64,000 nt of DNA from Microcoleus sp. (lineage in GTDB: Bacteria; Cyanobacteriota; Cyanobacteriia; Cyanobacteriales; Microcoleaceae): contig CP181291.1 in NCBI GenBank assembly GCA_052279835.1, positions 3,584,001 to 3,648,000 of the forward strand. The letters run 5' to 3'. The position numbers and the translations under genes are program-made. Below the pieces are notes generated by a model. That model was not told the origin of the DNA and did not search any database. It worked only from the letters and a program-made list of their open reading frames with translations. Position 1 is the first letter of the stretch; the number at the start of each line of letters is the position of its first letter. Positions 62,854 through 64,000 of this stretch are shown piece after piece.

Positions 62854-63546
62854 TTATTGATTTTGTTCTATCTCCTGAATTTCTTTGATTACCCGCGCTT
62901 TGCTGGCAATTAAATGTTCTTTAATTGCTTGGGCTGCTGCGACGGGATTGTGTTCGATGACAGCTTCAAAAATGTGGCGGTGTTCGGTGCGGATTTCCAA
63001 TACTCCGGGATTGTATTGCATTGTACGGAGTCGCACTAAGATCATTTTGTCAAATACCTGATCTAACAGAGTTACCAACCAAGAATTGTCGGAACATTGG
63101 GCTAGCAATCGGTGAAATTGATAGTCTGCGTACAGCAATTGATAGTTTGTCAGTTCGCCCGATCGCACTTGTGTGTTATTTTCTGCTTGAGAGACGATGG
63201 ATTCGAGTTGTTTCAATTGAGCCTCTGTCGCATTTTGACTAGCCCCGGCGGCTGATAATTGTTCCAAAGCGATGCGACAATCGTAAAGATCCGCAGCATC
63301 GGCGATCGACAAGCTAGCAACTCGCAATCCATGATGGGGATCTGCGGTGACTAAATTCTCTCGTTGCAGTTGGCACAAAGCTTCTCTCACTGGAGTTCTG
63401 CTGACGTTTAACATTTCGGCCAGTTGTGTTTCGATCAATCGTTCTCCACCTGCTAATTCTCCCGACAGGATAGCAGTTCGGAGAGCTTGGTATGTTTGCT
63501 CGTGGAGGGATTGAGTGCGGCGAATCGCGCGAAATGACAGGCCCAA
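62854..63546 (-). CDS. GntR family (FCD) transcriptional regulator
   Basis: [22 protein letters not shown]. Confidence 0.92.
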   Translation of the reverse strand: MGLSFRAIRRTQSLHEQTYQALRTAILSGELAGGERLIETQLAEMLNVSRTPVREALCQLQRENLVTADPHHGLRVASLSIADAADLYDCRIALEQLSAAGASQNATEAQLKQLESIVSQAENNTQVRSGELTNYQLLYADYQFHRLLAQCSDNSWLVTLLDQVFDKMILVRLRTMQYNPGVLEIRTEHRHIFEAVIEHNPVAAAQAIKEHLIASKARVIKEIQEIEQNQ

Positions 63547-63789
63547 AATTACTTATCCTTAAGTTCAAACTAGAGTGAATTCTCTATTGTTAAAAATTGT
63601 TAATTCAGCCGCATATCTAAACTTTTATGTTATATGAAAGTCGGTTTGGGCTGACTTACGATCGATCATACAGCACATTGAAGCTTCTGTAGCAGGTAGG
63701 CATAGATTGCAGGTGACAGGTCTGTAGGGACTTGAGTTTGGTGCTCCCGGTGCCAACCACCATGGGCTTGGACGAAGTACGGCAGCATT

Positions 63790-63930
63790 CCGGCAGGGGT
63801 TTAAACCCCTGCCTCAAAGCGAAAGTCGGTTGAAACCGACTAAAGAGGTTGATGGAAACTGCGATTCATTTTAGTCCTCTTTGAGAGGACTTTCGCTATG
63901 AGACAGGGGTTTTTAACCCCTGTCGGACTG
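63790..63930. repeat. REP-doublet/MITE-like element, same family as 48-170
   Basis: CAGGGGTTTAAACCCCTGCCTCAAAGC...AGTCCTCTTTGAGAGGACTTT..AGACAGGGG. Confidence 0.85.
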
Positions 63931-64000
63931 TCGGGAAAGCACTTGCTTAAAAGCTAAACTGAGTGCGCAGATTTCCGATAAATACGGTGGGGTTGCCATC

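Overview
Chromosomal window from a filamentous cyanobacterium, probably Oscillatoriales/Microcoleus-like, judged from abundant HIP1 GCGATCGC, apcF, ndhAIGE, a cyanobacterial tmRNA tag, heptamer tandem repeats and many REP/SDR/MITE-like palindromes. Most of it is housekeeping: tldD/tldE, glnA with a canonical NtcA promoter, apcF, tlyA, pfkA, ygfZ, ssrA, ndhA-I-G-E, folB, map, cobD, HU, pilMNOQ, folC and a purine/allantoin catabolism cluster. The notable part is an accessory patch at about 22.2-27.9 kb. It starts with an IS200/IS605 tnpB remnant and a truncated helicase N-terminus (Walker A YGTGSGKT), and ends with an N-terminally truncated protein carrying Argonaute MID/PIWI-like motifs; together these resemble a broken DdmDE-type helicase/pAgo system. 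Between them lies an integrase-less cassette array (a TA-like pair, a TA pair and an HsdR_N gene) punctuated by one canonical attC site and two ~265-bp promoter-bearing direct repeats. Most fragment junctions fall on HIP1 cores. All family assignments come from motif recognition by eye, not from database searches.
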